Shown piece after piece: positions 10,401 to 25,400 of a stretch of DNA of 64,000 bases. A model generated the notes under the pieces. That model did not search any database. It had not been told where the DNA came from and saw nothing but the letters and a program-made list of their open reading frames with translations. Position 1 is the stretch's first letter, and the number at the start of each line of letters is the position of its first letter. Origin of the DNA: Eledone cirrhosa (Eukaryota); the NCBI GenBank assembly GCA_964016885.1, contig OZ024740.1, positions 20,088,001 through 20,152,000 of the forward strand, given 5' to 3'. Position numbers and translations under genes: made by a program.

Positions 10401-13400
10401 CCCAGTTCCAATGTCTGATACCCAGTTCCAATACCTGATACCCAGTTCCAATGTCTGATACCCAGTTCCAATGTATGATACCCAGTTCCAATGTCTGATA
10501 CCCAGTTCCAATGTCTGATACCTAGTTCCAATGTTTGATACCCAGTTCCAATGTTTGATACCCAGTTCCAATATCTGATACCCAGTTCCAATGTATGATA
10601 CCCAGTTCCAAAATCTGATACCTAGTTCCAATGTTTGATAACCAGTTCCAATGTTTGATACCCAGTTCCAGTATCTGATACCCAGTTCCAATGTCTCATA
10701 CCTAGTTCCAATCTCTGATACCCAGTTCCAATGTTTGATACGCAGTTCCAATGTCTGATACCCAGTTCCACTGTCTGATACCCATTCGAATGTCTGATAC
10801 CCAGTTCCCATGTCTGATACCCATTCGAATGTCTGATACCCAGTTCCAGTGTCTGATACCCAGTTCCAATGTTTGACACCCAGTTCCAATGTCTGATGCC
10901 CATTCCAATGTTTGATACCCAGTTCCAATGTCTGATACCCAGTTCCAATGTTTGATACCCAGTTCCAATGTTTGATACCCAGTTCCAATGTCTGATACCC
11001 ATTTCCAATGTCTGATACGCAGTTCCAATGTTTGATACCCAGTTCCAATGTCTGATACCCATTCCAATGTTTGATACCCAGTTCCAATGTCTGATACCCA
11101 GTTCCAATGTCTGATACGCAGTTCCAATGTCTGATACCCAGTTCCAATGTCTGATACGCAGTTCCAGTGTCTGATACCCAGTTCCAATGTCTGATACCCA
11201 GTTCCAATGTCTGATACCCAGTTCCAATGCCTGATACCCAGTTCCAATGTTTGATACCCAGTTCCAATGTTTGATACCCAGTTCCAATGTTTGATACCCA
11301 GTTCCAATGTCTGATACCCAGTTGCAATGTCTGATACCCAGTTCCAATGTCTGATACCTAGTTCCAATGTCTGATACGCAGTTCCAATGTCTGATACCAG
11401 GTCCAATGTCTGATACCCAGTTCCAATGCCTGATACCCAGTTCCAATGTTTGATACCCAGTTCCAATGTTTGATACCCAGTTCCAATGTCTGATACCCAG
11501 GTCCAATGTCTGATACCTAGTTCCAATGTCTGATACCCAGTTCCAATGTCTGATACCCAGTTCCAATGTTTGATACCCAGTTCCAATGTCTGATAACTAG
11601 TTCCAATGTCTGATACCCAGTTCCAATGTTTGATACCCAGTTCTAATGTCTGATACGCAGTTCCAATGTTTGATACCCAGTTCCAATGTCTGATACCCAG
11701 TTCAAATATCTGATACCCAGTTCCAATGTCTGATGCCCAGTTCCAATGTCTGATACCTGGTTCCAATGTCTGATACCCAGTTCCAATATCTGATACCTGG
11801 TTCCAATGTCTGATACCCAGTTCCAATGTCTGATAAGCAGTTCCAATGTTTGATACCCAGTTTCAATATCTGATACCCAGTTCCAATGTCTGATACCCAG
11901 TTCCAATGTATGATACCCAGTTCCAATGTCTGATACCCAGTTCCAATGTTTGATATCCAGTTCCAATGTCTGATACCCAGTTCTAATGTTTGATACACAA
12001 TTCCAATGTCTGATACCCAGTTCCAATGTTTGATACACAGTTCCAATGTTTGATACCCAGTTCCAATGTCTGATACCTAGTTCCAATGTTTGATACCCAG
12101 TTCCAATATCTGATACCCAGTTCCAATATCTGATACCCAGTTCCAATGTCTGATACCCAGTTCCAATGTCTGATACCTAGTTCCAATGTTTGATACCCAC
12201 TTCCAATGTTTGAAACCCAGTTCCAATATCTGATACCTAGTTCCAATGTTTGCTACCCAGTTCCAATGTTTGATACCCAGTTCCAATATCTGATACGCAG
12301 TTCCAATATCTGATACCCAGTTCCAATGTTTGATACCCAGGTCCAATTCTGATACCCAGTTCCAATGTCTGATACCCAGTTCCAATGTCTGATAGCCATT
12401 CCAATGTCTGATACCCAGTTCCAATGTCTGATACCCAGTTCCAAAGTTTGATACCCAGTTCCAATGTTTCATACCCAGTTCCAATGTCTGATACCTAGTT
12501 CCAATGTCTGATACCCAGTTGCAATGTCTGATACCCAGTTCCAATGTCTGATACCCAGTTCCAATGACTGATACCCAGTTCCACTGTCTGATACCCAGTT
12601 CCAATGTCTGATACCCAGTTCCAATGTCTGATACCCATTCCAATGTCTGATACCCAGTTCCAATATCTGATACCCAGTTCCAATGTCTGAGACCCAGTTC
12701 CAATGTCTGATACCCAGTTCCAATGTTTGATACCCAGTTACAATGTCTTATACCCAGTTCCAATGTCTGATACCTAGTTCCAATGTTTGATACCCAGTTC
12801 CAATGTTTGATACCCAGTTCCAATATCTGATACCCAGTACCACTGTCTGATACCCATTCGAATGTCTGATACCCAGTTCCAATGTCTGATACCCAGTTCC
12901 AATGTCTGATACCCAGTTCCAATGTCTGATACACAGTTCCAATGTTTGATACCCAGTTCCAATGTCTGATACCTAGTTCCAATGTTTGATACCCAGTTCC
13001 AATATCTGATACCCAGTTCCAATATCTGATACCCAGTTCCAATGTCTGATGCCCAGTTCCAATGTCTGATACCCAGTTCCAATGTCTGATACCCAGTTCC
13101 AATATCTGATACCTGGTTCCAATGTCTGATACCCAGTTCCAATGTCTGATACGCAGTTCCAATGTTTGATACCCAGTTCCAATGTCTGATACCCAGTTCC
13201 AATGTCTGATACCCAGTTCCAATGTCTGATACCCAGTTCCAATGTCTGATACCCAGTTCCAATGTATGATACCCAGTTCCAATGTCTGATACCCAGTTCC
13301 AATGTCTGATACCTAGTTCCAATGTTTGATACCCAGTTCCAATGTTTGATACCCAGTTCCAATATCTGATACCCAGTTCCAATGTATGATACCCAGTTGA

Positions 13401-16400
13401 AAATGTCTGATACCTAGTTCCAATGTTTGATAACCAGTTCCAATGTTTGATACCCAGTTCCAGTATCTGATACCCAGTTCCAATGTCTCATACCTAGTTC
13501 CAATCTCTGATACCCAGGTCCAATGTTTGATACGCAGTTCCAATGTCTGATACCCAGTTCCACTGTCTGATACCCATTCGAATGTCTGATACCCAGTTCC
13601 CATGTCTGATACCCATTCGAATGTCTGATACCCAGTTCCAGTGTCTGATACCCAGTTCCAATGTCTGATACCCAGTTCCAATGTCTGATACCCAGTTCCA
13701 ATGTCTGATACACAGTTCCAATGTCTGATGCCCATTCCAATGTTTGATACCCAGTTCCAATGTCTGATACCCAGTTCCAATGTTTGATACCCAGTTCCAA
13801 TGTTTGATACCCAGTTCCAATGTCTGATACCCATTTCCAATGTCTGATACGCAGTTCCAATGTTTGATACCCAGTTCCAATGTCTGATACCCATTCCAAT
13901 GTTTGATACCCAGTTCCAATATCTGATACCCAGTTCCAATGTCTGATACGCAGTTCCAATGTCTGATACCCAGTTCCAATGTCTGATACGCAGTTCCAAT
14001 GTCTGATACCCAGTTGCAATGTCTGATACCCAGTTCCAATGTCTGATACCCAGTTCCAATGCCTGATACCCAGTTCCAATGTTTGATATCCAGTTCCAAT
14101 GTTTGATACCCAGTTCCAATGTCTGATACGCAGTTCCAGTGTCTGATACCCAGTTCCAATGTCTGATACCCAGTTCCAATGTCTGATACCCAGTTCCAAT
14201 GCCTCATACCCAGTTCCAATGTTTGATACCCAGTTCCAATGTTTGATACCCAGTTCCAATGTTTGATACCCAGTTCCAATGTCTGATACCCAGTTACAAT
14301 GTCTGATACCCATTCCAATATCTGATACCCAGTTCCAATGTCTGATACCCAGTTCCAATGTCTGATACCCAGTTCCAATGTCTGATACCCAGTTCCAATA
14401 CCTGATACCCAGTTCCAATGTTTGATACCCAGTTCCAATGTTTGATACCCAGTTCCAATGTCTGATACCCAGTTCCAATGTCTGATACCCATTCCAATAT
14501 CTGATACCCAGTTCCAATGTTTGATACCCAGTTCCAATGTTTGATACCCAGTTCCAATGTCTGATACCCAGTTCCAATGTCTGATACCTAGTTCCAATGT
14601 CTGATACCCAGTTGCAATGTCTGATACCCAGTTCCAATGTCTGATACCCAGTTCCTATATTTGATACCCAGTTCCAATGTCTGATACCTAGTTCCAATGT
14701 CTGATACGCAGTTCCAATGTCTGATACCCAGTTCCACTATCTGATACCCAGTTCCAATGCCTGATACCCAGTTCCAATGTTTGATACCCAGTTCCAATGT
14801 TTGATACCCAGTTCCAATGTCTGATACCCAGGTCCAATGTCTGATACCTAGTTCCAATGTCTGATACCCAGTTTCAATGTCTGATACCCAGTTCCAATGT
14901 CTGATACCCAGGTCCAATGTCTGATACCTAGTTCCAATGTCTGATACCCAGTTCCAATGTCTGATACCCAGTTCCAATGTTTGATACCCAGTTCCAATGT
15001 CTGATAACTAGTTCCAATGTCTGATACCCAGTTCCAATGTTTGATACCCAGTTCTAATGTCTGATACGCAGTTCCAATGTTTGATACCCAGTTCCAATGT
15101 CTGATACCCAGTTCAAATATCTGATACCCAGTTCCAATGTCTGATGCCCAGTTCCAATGTCTGATACCTGGTTCCAATGTCTGATACCCAGTTCCAATAT
15201 CTGATACCTGGTTCCAATGTCTGATACCCAGTTCCAATGTCTGATAAGCAGTTCCAATGTTTGATACCCAGTTCCAATGTCTGATACCCAGTTCCAATGT
15301 CTGATACCCAGTTTCAATATCTGATACCCAGTTCCAATGTCTGATACCCAGTTCCAATGTATGATACCCAGTTCCAATGTCTGATACCCAGTTCCAATGT
15401 TTGATATCCAGTTCCAATGTCTGATACCCAGTTCTAATGTTTGATACACAATTCCAATGTCTGATACCCAGTTCCAATGTTTGATACACAGTTCCAATGT
15501 TTGATACCCAGTTCCAATGTCTGATACCTAGTTCCAATGTTTGATACCCAGTTCCAATATCTGATACCCAGTTCCAATATCTGATACCCAGTTCCAATGT
15601 CTGATACCCAGTTCCAATGTCTGATACCTAGTTCCAATGTTTGATACCCACTTCCAATGTTTGATACCCAGTTCCAATATCTGATACCTAGTTCCAATGT
15701 TTGCTACCCAGTTCCAATGTTTGATACCCAGTTCCAATATCTGATACGCAGTTCCAATATCTGATACCCAGTTCCAATGTTTGATACCCAGGTCCAATGT
15801 CTGATACCCAGTTCCAATGTCTGATACCCAGTTCCAATGTCTGATAGCCATTCCAATGTCTGATACCCAGTTCCAATGTCTGATACCCAGTTCCAAAGTT
15901 TGATACCCAGTTCCAATGTTTCATACCCAGTTCCAATGTCTGATACCTAGTTCCAATGTCTGATACCCAGTTGCAATGTCTGATACCCAGTTCCAATGTC
16001 TGAGACCCAGTTCCAATGTCTGATACCCAGTTCCACTGTCTGATACCCAGTTCCAATGTCTGATACCCAGTTCCAATGTCTGATACCCATTCCAATGTCT
16101 GATACCCAGTTCCAATATCTGATACCCAGTTCCAATGTCTGAGACCCAGTTCCAATGTCTGATACCCAGTTCCAATGTTTGATACCCAGTTCCAATGTCT
16201 TATACCCAGTTCCAATGTCTGATACCTAGTTCCAATGTTTGATACCCAGTTCCAATGTTTGATACCCAGTTCCATTATCTGATACCCAGTACCACTGTCT
16301 GATACCCATTCGAATGTCTGATACCCAGTTCCAATGTCTGATACCCAGTTCCAATGTCTGATACCCAGTTCCAATGTCTGATACACAGTTCCAATGTTTG

Positions 16401-19400
16401 ATACCCAGTTCCAATGTCTGATACCTAGTTCCAATGTTTGATACCCAGTTCCAATATCTGATACCCAGTTCCAATATCTGATACCCAGTTCCAATGTCTG
16501 ATGCCCAGTTCCAATGTCTGATACCCAGTTCCAATGTCTGATACCCAGTTCCAATAGCTGATACCTGGTTCCAATGTCTGATACCCAGTTCCAATGTCTG
16601 ATACGCAGTTCCAATGTTTGATACCCAGTTCCAATGTCTGATACCCAGTTCCAATGTCTGATACCCAGTTCCAATACCTGATACCCAGTTCCAATGTCTG
16701 ATACCCAGTTCCAATGTATGATACCCAGTTCCAATGTCTGATACCCAGTTCCAATGTCTGATACCTAGTTCCAATGTTTGATACCCAGTTCCAATGTTTG
16801 ATACCCAGTTCCAATATCTGATACCCAGTTCCAATGTATGATACCCAGTTCCAATGTCTGATACCTAGTTCCAATGTTTGATAACCAGTTCCAATGTTTG
16901 ATACCCAGTTCCAGTATCTGATACCCAGTTCCAATGTCTCATACCTAGTTCCAATCTCTGATACCCAGGTCCAATGTTTGATACGCAGTTCCAATGTCTG
17001 ATACCCAGTTCCACTGTCTGATACCCATTCGAATGTCTGATACCCAGTTCCCATGTCTGATACCCATTCGAATGTCTGATACCCAGGTCCAGTGTCTGAT
17101 ACCCAGTTCCAATGTTTGACACCCAGTTCCAATGTCTGATGCCCATTCCAATGTTTGATACCCAGTTCCAATGTCTGATACCCAGTTCCAATGTTTGATA
17201 CCCAGTTCCAATGTTTGATACCCAGTTCCAATGTCTGATACCCATTTCCAATGTCTGATACGCAGTTCCAATGTTTGATACCCAGTTCCAATGTCTGATA
17301 CCCATTCCAATGTTTGATACCCAGTTCCAATGTCTGATACCCAGTTCCAATGTCTGATACGCAGTTCCAATGTCTGATACCCAGTTCCAATGTCTGATAC
17401 GCAGTTCCAATGTCTGATACCCAGTTGCAATGTCTGATACCCAGTTCCAATGTCTGATACCCAGTTCCAATGCCTGATACCCAGTTCCAATGTTTGATAT
17501 CCAGTTCCAATGTTTGATACCCAGTTCCAATGTCTGATACGCAGTTCCAGTGTCTGATACCCAGTTCCAATGTCTGATACCCAGTTCCAATGTCTGATAC
17601 CCAGTTCCAATGCCTCATACCCAGTTCCAATGTTTGATACCCAGTTCCAATGTTTGATACCCAGTTCCAATGTTTGATACCCAGTTCCAATGTCTGATAC
17701 CCAGTTACAATGTCTGATACCCATTCCAATATCTGATACCCAGTTCCAATGTCTGATACCCAGTTCCAATGTCTGATACCCAGTTCCAATGTCTGATACC
17801 CATTTCCAATACCTGATACCCAGTTCCAATGTTTGATACCCAGTTCCAATGTTTGATACCCAGTTCCAATGTCTGATACCCAGTTCCAATATCTGATACC
17901 CATTCCAATATCTGATACCCAGTTCCACTGTTTGATACCTAGTTCCAATGTTTGATACCCAGTTCCAATGTCTGATACCCAGTTCCAATGTCTGATACCT
18001 AGTTCCAATGTCTGATACCCAGTTGCAATGTCTGATACCCAGTTCCAATGTCTGATACCCAGTTCCTATATTTGATACCCAGTTCCAATGTCTGATACCT
18101 AGTTCCAATGTCTGATACGCAGTTCCAATGTCTGATACCCAGTTCCACTGTCTGATACCCAGTTCCAATGCCTGATACCCAGTTCCAATGTTTGATACCC
18201 AGTTCCAATGTTTGATACCCAGTTCCAATGTCTGATACCCAGGTCCAATGTCTGATACCTAGTTCCAATGTCTGATACCCAGTTCCAATGTCTGATACCC
18301 AGTTCCAATGTCTGATACCCAGGTCCAATGTCTGATACCTAGTTCCAATGTCTGATACCCAGTTCCAATGTCTGATACCCAGTTCCAATGTTTGATACCC
18401 AGTTCCAATGTCTGATAACTAGTTCCAATGTCTGATACCCAGTTCCAATGTTTGATACCCAGTTCTAATGTCTGATACGCAGTTCCAATGTTTGATACCC
18501 AGTTCCAATGTCTGATACCCAGTTCAAATATCTGATACCCAGTTCCAATGTCTGATGCCCAGTTCCAATGTCTGATACCTGGTTCCAATGTCTGATACCC
18601 AGTTCCAATATCTGATACCTGGTTCCAATGTCTGATACCCAGTTCCAATGTCTGATAAGCAGTTCCAATGTTTGATACCCAGTTCCAATGTCTGATACCC
18701 AGTTCCAATGTCTGATACCCAGTTTCAATATCTGATACCCAGTTCCAATGTCTGATACCCAGTTCCAATGTATGATACCCAGTTCCAATGTCTGATACCC
18801 AGTTCCAATGTTTGATATCCAGTTCCAATGTCTGATACCCAGTTCTAATGTTTGATACACAATTCCAATGTCTGATACCCAGTTCCAATGTTTGATACAC
18901 AGTTCCAATGTTTGATACCCAGTTCCAATGTCTGATACCTAGTTCCAATGTTTGATACCCAGTTCCAATATCTGATACCCAGTTCCAATATCTGATACCC
19001 AGTTCCAATGTCTGATACCCAGTTCCAATGTCTGATACCTAGTTCCAATGTTTGATACCCACTTCCAATGTTTGATACCCAGTTCCAATATCTGATACCT
19101 AGTTCCAATGTTTGCTACCCAGTTCCAATGTTTGATACCCAGTTCCAATATCTGATACGCAGTTCCAATATCTGATACCCAGTTCCAATGTTTGATACCC
19201 AGGTCCAATGTCTGATACCCAGTTCCAATGTCTGATACCCAGTTCCAATGTCTGATAGCCATTCCAATGTCTGATACCCAGTTCCAATGTCTGATACCCA
19301 GTTCCAAAGTTTGATACCCAGTTCCAATGTTTCATACCCAGTTCCAATGTCTGATACCTAGTTCCAATGTCTGATACCCAGTTGCAATGTCTGATACCCA

Positions 19401-22400
19401 GTTCCAATGTCTGAGACCCAGTTCCAATGTCTGATACCCAGTTCCACTGTCTGATACCCAGTTCCAATGTCTGATACCCAGTTCCAATGTCTGATACCCA
19501 TTCCAATGTCTGATACCCAGTTCCAATATCTGATACCCAGTTCCAATGTCTGAGACCCAGTTCCAATGTCTGATACCCAGTTCCAATGTTTGATACCCAG
19601 TTCCAATGACTTATACCCAGTTCCAATGTCTGATACCTAGTTCCAATGTTTGATACCCAGTTCCAATGTTTGATACCCAGTTCCAATATCTGATACCCAG
19701 TACCACTGTCTGATACCCATTCGAATGTCTGATACCCAGTTCCAATGTCTGATACCCAGTTCCAATGTCTGATACACAGTTCCAATGTTTGATACCCAGT
19801 TCCAATGTCTGATACCTAGTTCCAATGTTTGATACCCAGTTCCAATATCTGATACCCAGTTCCAATATCTGATACCCAGTTCCAATGTCTGATGCCCAGT
19901 TCCAATGTCTGATACCCAGTTCCAATGTCTGATACCCAGTTCCAATAGCTGATACCTGGTTCCAATGTCTGATACCCAGTTCCAATGTCTGATACGCAGT
20001 TCCAATGTTTGATACCCAGTTCCAATGTCTGATACCCAGTTCCAATGTCTGATACCCAGTTCCAATACCTGATACCCAGTTCCAATGTCTGATACCCAGT
20101 TCCAATGTATGATACCCAGTTCCAATGTCTGATACCCAGTTCCAATGTCTGATACCTAGTTTCAATGTTTGATACCCAGTTCCAATGTTTGATACCCAGT
20201 TCCAATATCTGATACCCAGTTCCAATGTATGATACCCAGTTCCAATGTCTGATACCTAGTTCCAATGTTTGATAACCAGTTCCAATGTTTGATACCCAGT
20301 TCCAGTATCTGATACCCAGTTCCAATGTCTCATACCTAGTTCCAATCTCTGATACCCAGTTCCAATGTTTGATACGCAGTTCCAATGTCTGATACCCAGT
20401 TCCACTGTCTGATACCCATTCGAATGTCTGATACCCAGTTCCCATGTCTGATACCCATTCGAATGTCTGATACCCAGTTCCAGTGTCTGATACCCAGTTC
20501 CAATGTTTGACACCCAGTTCCAATGTCTGATGCCCATTCCAATGTTTGATACCCAGTTCCAATGTCTGATACCCAGTTCCAATGTTTGATACCCAGTTCC
20601 AATGTTTGATACCCAGTTCCAATGTCTGATACCCATTTCCAATGTCTGATACGCAGTTCCAATGTTTGATACCCAGTTCCAATGTCTGATACCCATTCCA
20701 ATGTTTGATACCCAGTTCCAATGTCTGATACCCAGTTCCAATGTCTGATACGCAGTTCCAATGTCTGATACCCAGTTCCAATGTCTGATACGCAGTTCCA
20801 ATGTCTGATACCCAGTTGCAATGTCTGATACCCAGTTCCAATGTCTGATACCCAGTTCCAATGCCTGATACCCAGTTCCAATGTTTGATATCCAGTTCCA
20901 ATGTTTGATACCCAGTTCCAATGTCTGATACGCAGTTCCAGTGTCTGATACCCAGTTCCAATGTCTGATACCCAGTTCCAATATCTGATACCCAGTTCCA
21001 ATGCCTGATACCCAGTTCCAATGTTTGATACCCAGTTCCAATGTTTGATACCCAGTTCCAATGTTTGATACCCAGTTCCAATGTCTGATACCCAGTTCCA
21101 ATGTCTGATACCCATTCCAATATCTGATACCCAGTTCCAATGTCTGATACCCAGTTCCAATGTATGATACCCAGTTCCAATGTCTGATACCCAGTTCCAA
21201 TACCTGATACCCAGTTCCAATGTTTGATACCCAGTTCCAATGTTTGATACCCAGTTCCAATGTCTGATACCCAGTTCCAATGTCTGATACCCATTCCAAT
21301 ATCTGATACCCAGTTCCAATGTTTGATACCCAGTTCCAATGTTTGATACCCAGTTCCAATGTCTGATACCCAGTTCCTATATTTGATACCCAGTTCCAAT
21401 GTCTGATACCTAGTTCCAATGTCTGATACGCAGTTCCAATGTCTGATACCCAGTTCCACTGTCTGATACCCAGTTCCAATGCCTGATACCCAGTTCCAAT
21501 GTTTGATACCCAGTTCCAATGTTTGATACCCAGTTCCAATGTCTGATACCCAGGTCCAATGTCTGATACCTAGTTCCAATGTCTGATACCCAGTTCCAAT
21601 GTCTGATACCCAGTTCCAATGTTTGATACCCAGTTCTAATGTCTGATAACTAGTTCCAATGTCTGATACCCAGTTCCAATGTTTGATGCCCAGTTCCAAT
21701 GTCTGATACCTGGTTCCAATGTCTGATACCCAGTTCCAATATCTGATACCTGGTTCCAATGTCTTATACCCAGTTTCCAATGTCTGATAAGCATTTCCAA
21801 TGTTTGATACCCAGTTCCAATGTCTGATACCCAGTTCCAATGTCTGATACCCAGTTCTAATGTTTGATACACAATTCCAATGTCTGATACCCAGTTCCAA
21901 TGTTTGATACACAGTTCCAATGTTTGATACCCAGTTCCAATGTCTGATACCTAGTTCCAATGTTTGATACCCAGTTCCAATATCTGATACCCAGTTCCAA
22001 TATCTGATACCCAGTTCCAATGTCTGATAGCCAGTTCCAATGTCTGATACCTAGTTCCAATGTTTGATACCCAGTTCCAATGTTTGATACCCAGCTCCAA
22101 TATCTGATACCTAGTTCCAATGTTTGCTACCCAGTTCCAATGTTTGACACCCAGTTCCAATATCTGATACGCAGTTCCAATATCTGATACCCAGTTCCAA
22201 TGTTTGATACCCAGGTCTAATGTCTGATACCCAGTTCCAATGTCTGATACCCAGTTCCAATGTCTGATACCCATTCCATGTCTGATACCCAGTTCCAATG
22301 TCTGATACCCAGTTCCAAAGTTTGATACCCAGTTCCAATGTTTCATACCCAGTTCCAATGTCTGATACCTAGTTCCAATGTCTGATACCCAGTTGCAATG

Positions 22401-25400
22401 TCTGATACCCAGTTCCAATGTCTGATACCCAGTTCCAATGTCTGATACCCAGTTCCACTGTCTGATACCCAGTTCCAATGTCTCTTACCCAGTTCCAATG
22501 TCTGATACCCATTCCAATGTCTGATACCCAGTTCCAATGTCTGATACCCAGTTCCAATGTCTGAGACCCAGTTCCAATGTCTGATACCCAGTTCCAATGA
22601 TTGATACCCAGTTCCAATGTCTTATACCCAGTTCCAATGTCTGATACCTAGTTCCAATGTTTGATACCCAGTTCCAATGTTTGATACCCAGTTCCAATAT
22701 CTGATACCCAGTACCACTGTCTGATACCCGTTCGAATGTCTGATACCAGATTCCAATGTCTGATACCCAGTTCCAATGTCTGATACCCAGTTCCAATGTC
22801 TGATACACAGTTCCAATGTTTGATACCCAGTTCCAATGTCTGATACCTAGTTCCAATGTTTGATACCCAGTTCCAATATCTGATACCCAGTTCCAATATC
22901 TGATACCCAGTTCCAATGTCTGATGCCCAGTTCCAATGTCTGATACCCAGTTCCAATGTCTGATACCCAGTTCCAATATCTGATACCTGGTTCCAATGTC
23001 TGATACCCAGTTCCAATGTCTGATACGCAGTTCCAATGTTTCATACCCAGTTCCAATGTCTGATACCCAGTTCCAATATCTGATACCCAGTTCCAATGTC
23101 TGATACCCAGTTCCAATGTATGATACCCAGTTCCAATGTCTGATACCCAGTTCCAATGTCTGATACCTAGTTCCAATGTTTGATACCCAGTTCCAATGTT
23201 TGATACCCAGTTCCAATATCTGATACCCAGTTCCAATGTCTGATACCCAGTTCCAATGTCTGATACCTAGTTCCAATGTTTGATAACCAGTTCCAATGTT
23301 TGATACCCAGTTCCAGTATCTGATACCCAGTTCCAATGTCTCATACCTAGTTCCAATCTCTGATACCCAGTTCCAATGTTTGATACGCAGTTCCAATGTC
23401 TGATACCCAGTTCCACTGTCTGATACCCATTCGAATGTCTGATACCCAGATCCCATGTCTGATACCCATTCGAATGTCTGATACCCATTTCCAATGTCTG
23501 ATACGCAGTTCCAATGTTTGATACCCAGTTCCAATGTCTGATACCCATTCCAATGTTTGATACCCAGTTCCAATGTCTGATACCCAGTTCCAATGTCTGA
23601 TACGCAGTTCCAATGTCTGATACCCAGTTCCAATGTCTGATACGCAGTTCCAATGTCTGATACCCAGTTGCAATGTCTGATACCCAGTTCCAATGTCTGA
23701 TACCCAGTTCCAATGCCTGATACCCAGTTCCAATGTTTGATATCCAGTTCCAATGTTTGATACCCAGTTCCAATGTCTGATACGGAGTTCCAATGTCTGA
23801 TACCCAGTTCCAATGTCTGATACCCAGTTCCAATATCTGATACCCAGTTCCAATGCCTGATACCCAGTTCCAATGTTTGATACCCAGTTCCAATGTTTGA
23901 TACCCAGTTCCAATGTCTGATACCCAGTTCCAATGTCTGATACCCATTCCAATATCTGATACCCAGTTCCAATGTCTGATACCCAGTTCCAATGCCTGAT
24001 ACCCAGTTCCAATGTTTGATACCCAGTTCCAATGTTTGATACCCAGTTCCAATGTCTGATACCCAGTTCCAATGTCTGATACCCATTCCAATAGCTGATA
24101 CCCAGTTCCAATGTTTGATACCCAGTTCCAATGTTTGATACCCAGTTCCAATGTCTGATACCCAGTTCCAATGTCTGATACCTAGTTCCAATGTCTGATA
24201 CCCAGTTGCAATGTCTGATACCCAGTTCCAATGTCTGATACCCAGTTCCAATGCCTGATACCCAGTTCCAATGTTTGATATCCAGTTCCAATGTTTGATA
24301 CCCAGTTCCAATGTCTGATACGCAGTTCCAGTGTCTGATACCCAGTTCCAATGTCTGATAGACAGTTCCAATGTCTGATACCCAGTTCCAATGCCTGATA
24401 CCCAGTTCCAATGTTTGATACCCAGTTCCAATGTTTGATACCCAGTTCCAATGTTTGATACCCAGTTCCAATGTCTGATACCCAGTTCCAATGTCTGATA
24501 CCCATTCCAATATCTGATACCCAGTTCCAATGTCTGATACCCAGTTCCAATGTCTGATACCCAGTTCCAATGTCTGATACCCAGTTCCAATGCCTGATAC
24601 CCAGTTCCAATGTTTGATACCCAGTTCCAATGTTTGATACCCAGTTCCAATGTCTGATACCCAGTTCCAATGTCTGATACCCATTCCAATATCTGATACC
24701 CAGTTCCAATGTTTGATACCCAGTTCCAATGTTTGATACCCAGTTCCAATGTCTGATACCCAGTTCCAATGTCTGATACCTAGTTCCAATGTCTGATACC
24801 CAGTTGCAATGTCTGATACCCAGTTCCAATGTCTGATACCCAGTTCCTATATTTGATACCCAGTTCCAATGTCTGATACCTAGTTCCAATGTCTGATACG
24901 CAGTTCCAATGTCTGATACCCAGTTCCACTGTCTGATACCCAGTTCCAATGCCTGATACCCAGTTCCAATGTTTGATACCCAGTTCCAATGTTTGATACC
25001 CAGTTCCAATGTCTGATACCCAGGTCCAATGTCTGATACCTAGTTCCAATGTCTGATACCCAGTTCCAATGTCTGATACCCAGTTCCAATGTTTGATACC
25101 CAGTTCTAATGTCTGATAACTAGTTCCAATGTCTGATACCCAGTTCCAATGTTTGATGCCCAGTTCCAATGTCTGATACCTGGTTCCAATGTCTGATACC
25201 CAGTTCCAATATCTGATACCTGGTTCCAATGTCTTATACCCAGTTTCCAATGTCTGATAAGCAGTTCCAATGTTTGATACCCAGTTCCAATGTCTGATAC
25301 CCAGTTCCAATGTCTGATACCCAGTTCTAATGTTTGATACACAATTCCAATGTCTGATACCCAGTTCCAATGTTTGATACACAGTTCCAATGTTTGATAC

